Of a stretch of DNA of 64,000 nucleotides, positions 1 to 12,818 are shown in pieces. The number at the start of each line of letters is the position of its first letter. Positions within the stretch are counted from its first letter, which is position 1. This stretch comes from Octopus sinensis (lineage: Eukaryota), in NCBI RefSeq assembly GCF_006345805.1, contig NC_043008.1:31248001-31312000 (forward strand), given 5' to 3'. The notes beneath the pieces are model-generated. The model had not been told where the DNA came from and ran no database searches. It saw nothing but the letters and a program-made list of their open reading frames with translations. The position numbers and the translations under genes are program-made.

Positions 1-3000
1 CACACCGTCCAACATATTTGTTTCCTCGCATTCACACAACGGATAGATTTACAACTCTTTCGTTCAATGTTCTAGCTTGTGGACATTTCTTACCAGGTTG
101 CCACACCCTGTTCCACAACTTCTCTACATTATATACCCCCTCCACCATTCGCCTCTGTACCTGATTTCGTGCATCTAATGTGAAAGTCTGTTAGGATTGT
201 CACTAATCTCACTCAGCACCTCCGTTTTTGGCATTATCCCCACTGTTGCACATAAATATTATATATGCTGATGGTCTATGTTCGTGTTGGGCAATTTATA
301 ACTGTTTCATATATTTATTTATTTGTTGGTCACTTCACAGCATGGAAGTGAAAGTTAGTTTTCACTCTAGGTCGGATGCTAGTCTGGTGCAAGTAACATT
401 CCAAGAAGATTTTGGAACCAATTTCTGAGACATTGGTGAACTATGGCATGTAGAATTAAGTTTTCTCTGCAACCCAAACCAGATTTTTTTTACATAACAT
501 CTTTTCAATTGAACCCACAACCTAAAAAAATTCATCAAATGTTAATTTGCCTAGAGTAGAAGAACACGGTGATGTTTTGGTTGAGGCCCATCTTTGGAGA
601 ATTTTTACTCTAGAAGGAAAGGCTCTGTCTGAAATGCCATTCATTTCCTCTACAACACACAAATTTCTTTTATTTTGCTGCTTTTATGAACTTTTTTTTT
701 TAACCAATAGCAAACTATCTGTCTCCTATGCCCTTGGACTTATTTTATTTTTTCGTTTGTTCTATATAATAGTAATCAAATCATTAGATTCATGGATAAT
801 AATTTGGGAGCTTCTGTATAGTTGCATGTTCTGTGAAAAATAAAGCTAAATCTTGCTTAAACCACACCTTTTGATATCTCAAACAGAAAAGACACCTTAG
901 ATTATATGTATATATATATTTAGTCTTAGATACCTAAAAAGAAGGATGATCGTGGAATATTTCTGATCTTTGGTCAAGACTGATCTGAGGCTGAACAGCT
1001 AATTTATATCTCTCCTATACAGAAGCCTTGCAGCATATCTGCATGAGTTTCTGATTCTGAGTTACTACTCTCTTAGGCTGACTGGTGACCAAGTCTCTCA
1101 CACATTCATTTTTCTAACCACTTAGAATGTGCACTAAATTCATTTTATCATAGCACCAGCATTGAGAGGTTGGTACAGCCTCTGGTAACACTTAAAAGTC
1201 ATCTCTGCTATGTTGTTTCCATTCAATAGCGTCAGAGGGTTGACTCATCCCTGGCAAGAGTAGAGAGAGTATCCTATTCTTGTGTTATCTCTATTCATTT
1301 GTTCAGTTCCATTTCACACAGCTGAGTGGGAAGAGAGCCAGTGTGATTGGAGCAAGAGGATGATAGAAAAGAGAATGATGTATGGTAATGTGATTAGATA
1401 AAAGAAACATGACCTAGACATTGGTAGAAAAAAGAATGATAAAATAGAATTGGGTGAGGTTATTACAAAGTCAAGAAAAGCATAGAGAAAGGCATGGAAG
1501 AGGAAATGACAGACAGATGCATGATGATTGTTGGTAAGGATATAATGTATCTATGCATGTCTGCCCATCCATTTGACCATCTATCCTTACATGCATGCTT
1601 AGTTGTGTCAAGGCATAGCTGGGTGGTTGAGCTTAAGCATGATTCACTTCTCAACCTCATACTTTTGAGTTGTCCTACTCTGTGACACTTTGGTCAAGTG
1701 TTGGCTGCTATAGCCCCAGCTTGAACAAATCTTTTGTCAATGAATTTTATAGACGGAAACTAAAAGAAAGCAATCCTGTATGTATGTGTGTGCATGTCTA
1801 TATTCATTTACATTTGCACTCTTATGACAGTTGCAGACATGCAAGTAGTGTCGTTGTTATGTCTATCAACAAATTATCTGCTCACTTTGCACCTTTTTTA
1901 GATGTGCAAAATAAGAGATCCCTTACTCAAAAAATGGGCTTAGCAAACAGGAAGGCATCTGGCTGTGAAACATTGTTCAATAATATATTCATGCATCCCA
2001 TGCTAGCATGGAAAAATTAGACAAGAAATCAAATGGGTATTATCTTTTACTGTTTTCAGTCATTTGACTGTTCCATGCTGGAAACAGCCAACTTACAGTG
2101 AGCCATTGTGTTTTTACTTTATTAACCTTTGAAGGATGAAAGGCACAGTAGACCCAAGAAGGATTTGAACTCAAAAAAATGAAGTAATATAATTAAATAC
2201 CACAGAAGATTTTGTTCAATGCTCCACTGATTCTGCCATACGTTCACCACATTCAGTGACATGTAAGAGGCATATCAGCATCTAGGTTGAAATTTTTTTG
2301 GAAATTTGGAATGCAAACCATATTTTGAACCATTCAGGTTCAACAATTAATTCTTTAGTAACATTCTGTTAGCTTCCATAAGATCAGCAAAACATTTTTG
2401 GCATAGAATTTGTAAGTTCTGAAATTGGTAAATGAGGTATTTTATATCGTCATCATCAAACATCTGTTTTCAATGCTGGCTTGGGTTGGACAGCTTGACA
2501 GGAATTGTCGAGACTAGGGTCTGCATCAGGTTCTATAGTGTGTTTTGGCTTGGTTTATTTGGCTGGATGCCCTTCCTTACACCAACCACTTTACATAGTG
2601 TACAGGGTGCTTTTTACACGACAGCATCACCAGTCCTTTTTACGTGACACTGGCACCAATACCAATAATTTAACATGGCACCTTGGTTTTAGGATCTCAA
2701 TTCTGTTATGGTGGGCATGTCTTTTTGAGTACAGCAATGTGCCGAGTTTTTCTGTAATTGTATTGGGGAAATTTCATTTATATATGTGAGTGTGTGTGTG
2801 TGTGTATTTAAAGTATTATCTAGTTGTAACTGTAGGTGTTCCGTGGGTATCATGTCAAGTCATAGACTTAGCTAGAGAATTCATTTGATACATTTTGCTT
2901 TTTCCATTCTTTTGTGTGTTGTATTAGAACATGGGGTTTCATCTTCTATGGGTGGGTGACTGTGTCCTTCAATTCTTTTTGCATGTTTGCGTGTGTGCAT

Positions 3001-3717
3001 GTATGCCATATATATATATATGTATGTATGTATGTACATTTGTTAAAGAGGACACAACATTAAGGCAAGGTAAACACCTCAAGTCATTTACATTATTATT
3101 ATTGGAAAAAATTCCAAGTCTTACAGCTGTTTCTGGGATATCCTAGAGTATGGGATATTCTGCCATCAGAGACAAATAGGGAAAAACAGGGAAACTGAGA
3201 AGGGTATATATTAATGAAATGACAATATACAGGAAGGGAGTAAAAGAATAAGGAGATGAAGAAAGAGAATTAAATCAAATTAGGCAGCTGTTTAGCAGCG
3301 TAACACCAAAAGGAAAAATTATAATTGTCATTAAAAATGACAGAGGGTGTTAGAAACACCTACAATGCTAAAAGTAAGAGCTAAAGTGCTCTGATGCTGC
3401 AGTCAACACACATAAATGTATACATGCATACTGACAGCGATCATAAATTGCTGAAGTCGGCAGTTGTAATATCCCTATACCGTCGTTGGTATATATATAT
3501 ATGGACAAATGTCTCTCTACATAACACTTTTTGATATTAAATATTTTTTGGCGCCATTCATAACTCAAAAGAGCTTTTCAGCATTCAGAAATAATTTCAA
3601 TTATATAGTGATTAAATAGGAGGAACCAGCAATTTAGTTGCTGGCTACCCAACCTTGAAATAGATTGTGCTAGATTACTGACATCATTTTGCTATATATT
3701 TCATATATATACATATA

Positions 3718-4090
3718 GGTGCAGGAGTGGCTGTGTAGTAAGTAGCTTGCTAACCAACCACATAGTTCTGGGTTCAGTCCCTCTGCATGGCACCTTGGCC
3801 AAGTGTCTTCCACTATAGCCTTGAGTCAACCAAAGCCTTGTGAGTGGATTTGGTAGGCATGTTGTACATATATGTATATGTATTTATATGTTTGTGTGTG
3901 TGTTTGTCCCCTACCATCGCTTGACAACTGATGTTGGTGTGTTTATGTCCCATAACTTAGTGGTTCGGCAAAAGTGACTGATAGAATAAGTACTAGGTTT
4001 ACAAAGAGTAAGTCCTGGGGTCGATTTGTTTGACTAAAGGTGGTGCTCCAGCATGGCCACATTCAACTGACTGAAACAATTAAAAGAATG
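3718..4090 (+). mobile_element. tRNA-derived SINE, family A (full length)
   Basis: Head GGTGCAGGAGTGGCTGTGTAGTAAG with B-box-like GGTTCAGTCC, central (TA/GT)n, 3' CCAGCATGGCCAC...GACTGAAAC-AAAAGA tail; more than 15 related copies in the window. Confidence 0.9.
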
Positions 4091-4125
4091 TGTGTGTTTG
4101 TTTGTCCCCCCCCCCCCCCCAACAG

Positions 4126-4797
4126 TACTGGCATCGGCCACTACTACAATTTCGTTTGACTCAAAAGGTCTTCTCAAGCACAGCATATTGCCCGACAGTT
4201 GAAGGGTACTTTTAAACAGGCCGGTTATGCTATGATCTCACTTGACTAGCCGGGTCTTCCCAATCACAGCTTAACTCCAAAGGTCTCGGTCGCTTGTCAT
4301 TGCCTCTGTGTAGTCCAATGTTCAATGGTTGTGTTTCTCCACCTCATATCATGTCTTCTTGAGTCGACCTCTTCCACAGGTTCCTTCCACTGTTAGGGTG
4401 TGACACTTCTTCACACAGCTGTCCTCATCCATACGCAATACATGACCATACCAGTACAGTCGTCTCTCTTGCACAACACATCTGATGCTACTTATATCCA
4501 ACTTTTCTCTCAGGGTGCTTACACTCTGTCATATATACACACTGACATTGCACATCCAGCAGAGCATACTAGCTTCATTTCTTTCAAGCCTACGCATGTC
4601 CTCAGCTGTCACAGCCCATGTTTTACCGCTGTGTAGCATGGCTGTTTGCACACATGCATCATACAGTCTATCTTTCACTCTGAGCAAGAGGTCCTTTGTT
4701 ACCAGCAGTGGTTGGAGCTCTCTGAACTTTGTTTTCAGATCATCCACCCCTACTACTGACTCGGTTGTCTAGGTAACGGAAGCTATCAACTACTTCA
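4126..4797 (-). mobile_element. RTE-clade LINE, 5'-truncated 3' end (decayed ORF C-terminus plus 3' UTR)
   Basis: Minus-strand peptides EVVDSFRYL, KFRELQPLLVTKDLLLRVKDRLYDACVQTAMLHSGKTWAVTAEDMRRLERNEASML and WYGHVLRMDEDSCVKKCHTLTVEGTCGRGR match the post-RT region of RTE LINEs; stops and a deletion are present. Confidence 0.85.
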
Positions 4798-5824
4798 AGT
4801 TTTTTCCTCCTGGCATATGATGGAATCTATTTTCTGTACATCTTTGGTCATTATTGCCTCTGTATATCTGCCACACACACACACACACACAAAAATACTA
4901 TCTTCCTGGTTAACCTTCCTTTGATATTGCTGCACTTCTTAGCTTACACCAAGTACATCTTATGGTGTTTCTACCTATGCCTTTTCTATAACAAGCAAGG
5001 CCATCTACCTGAAGGGGTTTGTAATCTATCTATCTATCTAATATATATCAGGTTCATCTGTCAGAGTGATGAGATCCATCCAATCAAGCCAAAATGACTG
5101 ATGATTTGTGTGGTGATTTTGTGTAAAGTGAAAAAGCATTGTGTACCATCAACCTCATTTTTGCATCCATGACCATCTTCATTCTACTGGCAAGACCAAG
5201 TGAAGATGACTGGGAATAAAGATGGATGACTAAGATGTCATACTTGCTTCATTTGCTCTCTGCACACCACAGTGCATTGTTGCAGCCACCTTCCCTTCTA
5301 TTGAACCATTACGGTTTCTTCTACAGAATCGACTGGAACCAGTTTTCACATGCATAGGTAGGCAAGCCCTAATATGCTAATTAACTCGTAGTTGGGGAGC
5401 CTGACAGGAGCTGCCACTTCTGGTCAGTGTAGACTGGGAACAAGAGAGGCTAATTCCACAGTTAAAAACTCTGGAACTCCTGAATCAGGACTCTGCTACT
5501 GGATGCAGTTTAAAGTCATATCCAGGAAAATATATATATATATATATACGCACACCTACATACAAACGTAGACATACATCTAGTAAACTTGTTTCAATGA
5601 CCTATTCAAAATTTATTGACACATAGTTGTATGTGTTACTATTGCGAAATAAATGAGAAGTGAATGTAATTGTTTGAGAGTTTTAAATAGCTACTGGGAC
5701 TCTACTATGATGCAAATCAAATAGTTGCTCAAAATTGTTGGAGATCAGTTTATTCTGCTGACAGGAGCATATCTCCCCTCTGTGTTTGTTCTTCTCATAC
5801 TAGCTTCTAAAATTAGTCAACAAG

Positions 5825-6010
5825 AGACATGCTCAGTCTCTTGACATGCTAAGAAATATCAGCCCCAATCTCCCTCAAATCACAACCTATCACTTAAAAG
5901 CAAAAGAAGTTGGATGTGTTAAAAATATAGTCCTTGATTTACAAAAAGATTGGATGGTCATGGCTAGAATAGCTTCAATGATAGCTCTGCTGGATCAAGA
6001 CTGATGTGAG
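5825..6010 (+). repeat. Dispersed ~200-bp repeat family (GAAATAGCAGCCAAATCTCCCTCAAATCACAC core), class unknown
   Basis: Diverged copies also near 800-1000, 26750-26900, 35825-35980, 48590-48720, 54960 and 55575-55760. Confidence 0.6.
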
Positions 6011-6039
6011 ATTAAACAACATATTCACTGTGTGTGCTT

Positions 6040-6256
6040 ATATTTGTTTCAAATTTTGGCACCAGACAAGCAATTCCAGAGGAAGTGGTAAGTCAATTAC
6101 ATTGACCCCCAGTACTCAACTGGTATTTATTTTATCAACCCAAAAGGATGAAAGGCAAAGTCAACCCTGGCAGCATTTGCACTCAGAATGTTAAGTCAGA
6201 AAAAATGCTGCAAGGCATTTTGTCTGATGCAGTAACAATTCTACCAGCTTGCCACC
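6040..6256 (-). mobile_element. tRNA-derived SINE, family B
   Basis: Reverse complement of GAGCTGGCAGAAT.GTTAGCA...GAGTTCAAAT...GCCTTTCATCCTTT.GGGGTCGATAAAATAAGTACCAGTTGAG.ACTGGGG...GCCAAAATTTGAAA; also at 10052-10280. Confidence 0.85.
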
Positions 6257-6858
6257 CTGTGTGTTTCTATTTCATTCTGTCAGTTGGTAGAAGTATGAAT
6301 TATAAACTTTAGCTTCAAGGCTGAAACATGTATGGAGTTGTCCCTAAGTTTTCTAAAGATGGACTAATCTTCCTCTATTTACATTATCTATTTCTGATTT
6401 TAATTAATTGGGGTTGTGGAGTAGCAATGCATTTCATAAATCCATTTTTTTCTTTCAAAATTTGAGTTGTCTCTTAATTTTGTTTGGTTAATTTAAACAT
6501 TATTCAACAATATTTATCCTTCCTTGATACAGGTGTAGTCTTCATTAATTAGAATTATTGTACTTACCACATTATGCATATTAGTAGTCACTTTACAACA
6601 ACCTGCTTGTAATCACTTGGTGTGTCAGAAATAGTAACCAAACATACTTCAGTTACACCGTACTGTCTTGAAAAAGAATGTACACATTGATCTGTACACT
6701 TCTAGATTTGCTGTGCTTGAGAAAAGCTTAGATATGTCTGGCAGGTTGAGTGACCCTGTACAGGCTTCCTTGCTCTATTGGCTGTTCAGGTTATTGCTTC
6801 TGATGTTACTATTTTGTGTGTATGTATGTGTGTATTTGGCTAGGAGAGTGTTCATTCA

Positions 6859-7096
6859 TTAATCTTTTAGCATTTAAATTGGCCACATCCATCCCAAATA
6901 TTCTACCTGCTTAATGTTCATACAAGTCAGATCAGGCATCACACATACAATGTGGCTGTGAGGTAAGAAGCTTACTTCACAGCCACATGGTTCTAGTTTC
7001 AATTCCACTGCATGGCGCCCTGTCTTCTACTATAGCCTTGGGCCAACCAAAGCCTTGTGAGAGGATTTGGTAGATGGAAACTGAAAGAAGCCCATC

Positions 7097-7145
<49 letters not shown>

Positions 7146-7494
7146 CATGGAGTGGTTGGCGTTAGGAAGGGCATCCAGCTGTAGAAACACTTCCAGATTA
7201 GACTGGAGCCTGGTGCAGCCTCCTGGCTTCCCAGACCCCAGTCGAACTGTCCAACCCATGCTAGCACGGAAAATGGACGTTAAATGATGATGATGATATA
7301 TACATGTATGTGTCTGTGTTTGCTCCTGTGGTGCACCAGCATGGCCACTGTCAAACGACTGAAATGTGTAAAAGAATGACAGAATAACCATGTCATCAGA
7401 ATCTCAGAGCTATGAGATTATGCAGATTAAATTACAACGATGTGAATAAATAAGCATTCCATTTGACAGAATAATCCGAATGCTGAGGGGTTAA
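6859..7494 (+). mobile_element. TTAA-flanked piggyBac-type MITE (family 1), interrupted by a SINE A/RTE-tail composite
   Basis: TTAA-TCTTTTAGCATTT left end and AATGCTGAGGGG-TTAA right end; SINE A at about 6951-7380 carries an RTE 3' tail (7146-7297) in its microsatellite. Confidence 0.8.
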
Positions 7495-7724
7495 CCTTTT
7501 CGTGACTGAACTTTTGATGACTAAGCAACCAGATTTTTCAATACAATACCAAATTTTGAAGTGGTTTAATAAAATAGCTATAACTTTATGAAAGAGCTAC
7601 ATCATGCTGTTATTGGCCAGCTAGAATTTCATGATATTATAACAAGATTTTGATTGAAGTATTAATTTAAATACAAGTACTTTATTATTGGCAGTCTCAG
7701 GTGGGTTGACATTGAATGTATTAA
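7491..7724. mobile_element. TTAA-flanked MITE (family 2-like), sharing a TTAA with the preceding MITE
   Basis: TTAA-CCTTTTCGTGAC start resembles the CCCTTTCGTTAC terminus at 39127; ends at TTAA 7721-7724 with a degenerate right TIR. Confidence 0.55.
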
Positions 7725-7772
7725 GAGATAGAGATTTCATTGTTTATCCTGGAGCAGGTCAAACAGTGATGT

Positions 7773-8667
7773 TTAAATCTTTAGCATTCATGGTATTTTG
7801 TCAAATGTAATGCTTATTTATGCTTCAATTTTTACTTTTTACTTGTTTGTCATTAGATTGTGGCCATGCTGGGGCACTGCCTTCAAGAATTCTAGTCAAA
7901 CAAATCGACTGCTGTACTTTTTTTTCTTTAAACCTGACACTTATTCTATTGATCTCTTTTGCTGAACCACTAAGCTACAGGGGCCTAAACACACCAACAC
8001 TAGTTGTCAAGCAATGATGGAGGACAATCTCTCACACACACACACACAAAATGGGCTCTTTTTAGTTTCTGTCTACTTACAAGGCTTTGGTTGTCCTTAG
8101 CAGAAGACACTTGCCCAAGGTGCCTTGCAATGGAACTGAACCTAGAAGCAAGTGTTTGGGAAGTAAACTTCTTACTACACAGCCTCACTCACTTTGTTTT
8201 GAATTGTTTGTTCCTTCTCAAGCCATGCCTGGCTCATAGGGCCAGTTTCCCGGTTTCTTAGGCATATAGGTTCCCCACCTGGAGAGGACAGGTGAGCTGC
8301 AAGATGCAGGAGGAAAGAGTGAAAGAAAGTTGTGGCGAAAGAGTCAGCAGAAGTTTGCCATTACCTTCTGCTGGAGCTGTGTGGAGCTTAGGTGTTTCGC
8401 TCATAAACACACACATCGCTCAGTCTGAGATTCAAACCCTCGATCCCTTGACTGCAAGTCCGCTGGTCTAACCACTAGGCCATGTGCCTCCACTTGTTTT
8501 GAATTAAGCATGCATTATTTTGTAGTTTCAAGTTTTCAATAAGGTAATTGTTTATCTTTAGAAATACATTGTAGTGTATGTGTGAGATGCCAGATCTGGC
8601 CACTTTTAACATTAAACGGGTAGAATATTTGGGCCAGATATAGCCAGTTTGAATGCTAAAGAGTTAA
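7773..8667 (-). mobile_element. MITE family 1, interrupted by SINE A (7824-8184) and SINE D (8206-8493)
   Basis: TTAA-ATCTTTAGCATTC and GAATGCTAAAGAG-TTAA ends; the internal MITE sequence resumes after each insert. Confidence 0.8.
8206..8493 (-). mobile_element. tRNA-derived SINE, family D, with 12-bp TSD
   Basis: Minus-strand head GTGGAGGCACATGGCCTAGTGGTTAG; direct repeat TTGTTTTGAATT at 8194-8205 and 8494-8505; close copy at 34924-35223. Confidence 0.9.
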
Positions 8668-8989
8668 GAGACAGAGAGAGATTTTGTTGGTATAGTGGAA
8701 CAAGTAAAATAAAAGTGAATTTTAAAGCTCCATTGGGTGGCTTTGTGTAGGATGAAATGTACCAGTTCTTGAACTAGAAACAGAAATGGAAATAAGATTT
8801 TTCATTTACAAAGAAGAATACGAAGAAAAAAAATAGGAAATAAGCCTTACCTTTATATTCTTAAGTCTACCAGCTGACTTGATAAAATTGATTTATTTTT
8901 ATAATAAGCTGTGTTGGCATAGCAAAAACAGAAAGAAGTAAAATCACTCTGCCAGTTGAGTTGAATGCTCTCTCTAACATCTGGAACTA

Positions 8990-9295
8990 AATAGCTGACC
9001 TAACTGGCCATCATTAACATATATATTTCTCTGCTGCTTTGTTAAACATATACATATGCATGCATACTTGTAAATGCATGCAGACATGTATAAATATATG
9101 CATATATATGTATACATACATGCATACATAGATACAGACAGGCACATACTAGACATTTATAATGTATGTATACACACTCATACATGCACACACATTTACA
9201 TACATACTTATTATCAAATACGTATATGTTGCACTGTAAAATGCATGCAACACATTTGCATGCACACATCCATGTGTATGTTTGTGTGTGAGTGA
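8990..9295. repeat. Degenerate (TA/CA/TG)n low-complexity tract
   Basis: Dinucleotide-rich sequence; it explains the Y/I/C/H-rich ORFs at 8974-9376. Confidence 0.85.
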
Positions 9296-11151
9296 CGATG
9301 CAACTTCATTATTGAAAATTTTAAAGGCTTTATGTCTATGGCAAGAATTTGTTATTGAAAGTTCTGTATTGTTCATTGTACCATGAAATTATTGGCTCTA
9401 AGCAAGAGATGGAAATATATAAAATGGCATCAGGCATTGCATACATTTCCCTCCTGTATTTGTATATGCCATGACCATCACTCAGAATTATGTATGAATT
9501 TCCAACTTGTAGACATTTCTCAGCATCATTTCTATTTAATCCTTTTGTGACATATTTCTTATGAAATACACTGTCTTAGTATTTCAATTAGAAAGTAATG
9601 CAGAATATGGAGCAAATTTTTGTAAAATAACCAATTTCTCCTGTGATTAATTTAGAGTATTTCTGTAACACTTGTATGATATCATCATCTACACCAAAAT
9701 GTGAATCTGCCAATAAAGGGAATGAGGTGGGAGGTAATGAAATGGATAACAAAGAAATTCGTATTTTTACTGCTATGCTTTACCAAGAAGATTGCTACAG
9801 ATGATTGAAAGATGGTTAAGTGCCTTTTACCATAGTTCCAGGGTGACTAGTGCCTTTTGAGTGAATTTGGTGGATGGAAATTGTTTGAAAGCTTATCATG
9901 TATATATAAATATGTATATAAAGTATATGAGGAGTTTTCATCAGGTGACTCAAACAAATAGGTATGCACTCTTTATACCTTTTTATTATTTATCTAAATC
10001 TTAATTAAATATCCTTGTCAAGTCTTGCCAAACAGTTTGCCTTTCCAGTTTGGTTTTAATCATATATATATATATATATTTCACATTTTGGCACAAGGCC
10101 TGCCAATTTTGAGGTGGGGTGGTTGTCGATTATGTCAACCCCAGTATTCAACTGGTACTTATTTTTTTTACCTTGAAAGGTAAAGTAGACCTCGACAGAA
10201 TCTGAACTCAAAAATATGAAGATGGACGAAATGCCACTAGACATTTTGCCTGACACACTAACGATTCTGCCAGCTTACTGCCCCATATGTATATATATTG
10301 GTGTGTCTTTGTGTTTGTTCACCACCACCTTTTGACAACCAGTGTTGGTTTGTTTATGTCTCTAACTTAGTAGTTCAGTAATAGAATAAGTATCAGACTT
10401 GAATATAAATACTGAAGTCAGTTTGTTCAACTTTACCCATCAAGGTGCTGCCTCAACATGGCCACAGTCCAGTGACTGAAACTGAAACAAGTAAAGACTA
10501 AAGACAAATACAATACAAAATAAATATAAAAAGTAGGTTTGCATTTTCGTGCTATGCATTGTGTTGAACAATGAATAACTGCTTAAACCCTGAATAACAA
10601 AGTAAACTATTCTTATTAAACAGTAAAGGAAGGAAGACAATACATTGTGTGATTAATACAAAGTGCTATATATTAATGACAAGAAGAAAAAACTATATAT
10701 AAATCAGGAATTCAAAGTACAAAAATACATGTTCTGCTTTCTGACTGCAAACAGTCTTTGGCAGCTGGTTAGGAACAGGGCCTGGCTATGTGGGATAATA
10801 ATTCTATTACACAACAAATGTTGGTTTCAATCCATACAATTTAACACTTTCCTGTATCTGTTTGAAAGAACTTCTCCATTAAAAGCCATTTAATCTCATT
10901 TTTCCCTTGTTAATCTAGCATTTGATGCATAATTTAAAGAAAAGGTTCTCGCAAATAATTTTGATAGAAGATTAAAATTTACATATGATCACTTCAGAAT
11001 GAGAGGTTCTTTGCTTTGTTTTTTTTTTTAAACCAAAAGTTCGAGAGGCAGTTTTCGATGAATGGTTATCAAAAGGGTTTACTCAGGAGTAATATACCTG
11101 CACATCTGGATTCAGTTGTGGTTGGATTGTGGTATAATGGATGAAACGATT

Positions 11152-11364
11152 GATTTAAACAGACCATATCAGGCTCAAATATTCTACATATTTTATGTTT
11201 GCACCGGCTAGATCTGGCTCCGTATACCTACCCTACAATGTCATTCTGAAAATAAACAATCATATTGAAACCTCAAAGCTGCTGGATAATGCATGATTAA
11301 TTCAAAACAATGCAAATAAATAAGTATTGCATTTGATGGAGTAATCTGATTGCTAAAAGGTTAA
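11152..11364 (+). mobile_element. MITE family 1, left end eroded
   Basis: CAAATATTCTAC...AGATCTGG...CCTACAATGTCATTCT...GATAATGCATGATTAATTCAAAACAATG...GCTAAAAGG-TTAA. Confidence 0.8.
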
Positions 11365-11404
11365 TGTAATCAACAGGTGTAGCAGAGACAATTGCTACTT
11401 GGTG

Positions 11405-11735
11405 AAGGCACATCACTCAGTGGTTAGAGCAGTGGGCTCACAATCATGAGGTAATGAGTTTGATTCCTAGACTGGGCTGTGTGTTGCATTCTCAAAGAAG
11501 ACACTTCATTTCACATTGCTCCAATTCACTCAGCTGTAGAAATGAGTTGTGATGTCACTGGTGCCAAGCTGTATCAGCCTTTGCCTTTCCTTTGGACAAC
11601 ATTGGTGGCATGGAGAGAGGAAGCTGGTTCATGGGCAACTGCTGGCTTCCATAAACAACCTTGCCCAGACTTGTGCCTTGGTGGGGAACTTTCTCGGTGC
11701 AATCTCATAGTCATTCATGACTAAAAGGGGTCCTC
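11405..11735 (+). mobile_element. tRNA-derived SINE, family C
   Basis: Head GGCACATCACTCAGTGGTTAGAGC...GAGTTTGATTCC and body CACTCAGCTGTAGAAATGAGTTG; second copy at 61020-61350. Confidence 0.85.
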
Positions 11736-12622
11736 TGAAGCATTGTAGTTTGCTACTTGTCATCATTTCATCCCAATTTAGCCCTTTCTGAGCAAATCTA
11801 CAAACAAAGGTGTTGGAGCCATGACCATTCTGTTGCACATATGCATTGTGTATCTAGAACTACATTACCCAATGTGTTTTTATCACTTTCTTTTTTTATT
11901 TTTGCAATTGGAAGGGTACTTGACTTCTATTTTGATTTGTTCAAACAACCACGTAAAAAGATTCTTGTTGGATCATTATTGGGAAGCTTAGGTGCTCTTT
12001 TATGGATCACAGAGCCAACAGTTTCAAGAGTTTTACTGCTATTTCTTTCACCTCTGTATTGAGTTAAAAGTTGTGGCAAAATTTCCCTCAGATTACATTT
12101 TATGTGTCTTAGAAAAAAGCAATGGTGAATAATACATTGGATAATGTGATCAATAAAATCAACTATATAGCCATGACAGTAGTGTCTTTTGAAGATATAT
12201 GTTTGATCAAAGCTGACCTGAGTTTGCACAACAACAACCAGTCACTTCTGTCACATATAAATATGTAGGTTTATTCATTGAGTGAATAGCCTACAAGCTG
12301 TAAAGCTATAGCATCAGAAGAAAGTAGAGATATGGCAAAAAGTAATATAAATGACCTTGGGGACTCTATGTTATGAGGAAGAAAACTATAAATAAACTGC
12401 GGGGGAAGAAAATTTGATATAACTGAAGATTAAGGGAAGATGCAAGCGTGACTGTGGTAAGAAGTTTGCTTCCCACCATGTGGCACTTTGGACAAATGTC
12501 TTCTACTATTGCCGAAAGCTGACTAAAGCCACGGGAATAGATTCAGTAGATGGAAGCTGAAAGAAGTTCATTGCTTGTGAGTTTGTGTGTGTGTGTGTAT
12601 AATATCTATCTATGTGTATGTA

Positions 12623-12818
12623 TGTGAGGGGGTGCTGAAAAGGCCTGGCTGGAGGCTTGACCTTCCCAGCCCTTTTACAGGGCTTTGGAAAACTGAAGGA
12701 TCGCTGCAATAAATATGTGAACCTGAGAGGGGAATATGTTGAATAAAATCATAATTAACTAATCCTCCTGTATTTACTTTTACCTAAAGCCAGGAATTTT
12801 TCAGCACAATCTCTCATA
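12623..12818 (+). mobile_element. Mariner deletion derivative (TIRs plus transposase C-terminal codons)
   Basis: GAGGGGGTGCTGAAAAGGCCTGGC and GCCAGGAATTTTTCAGCAC...CTC are imperfect TIRs; internal GFGKLKDRCNKYVNLRGEYVE* resembles the mariner transposase C-terminus. Confidence 0.7.

Noticed and set aside
370-640. Tc1-like transposase remnant on the minus strand
   Set aside because: Only a vague FRLW.QLK resemblance to DFFLWGYLK, with no catalytic motif or TIRs.
1322-1384. 63-nt symmetric exon (EWEESQCDWSKRMIEKRMMY)
   Set aside because: AG/GT sites are plausible, but the start resembles the CAGCTGAGTGG..TGGAGCAA SINE motif and there is no recognisable protein similarity.
11757-12229. Opposing ~100-aa ORFs in unique sequence
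   Set aside because: No recognisable motif or clear exon boundaries; lengths are within chance expectation.
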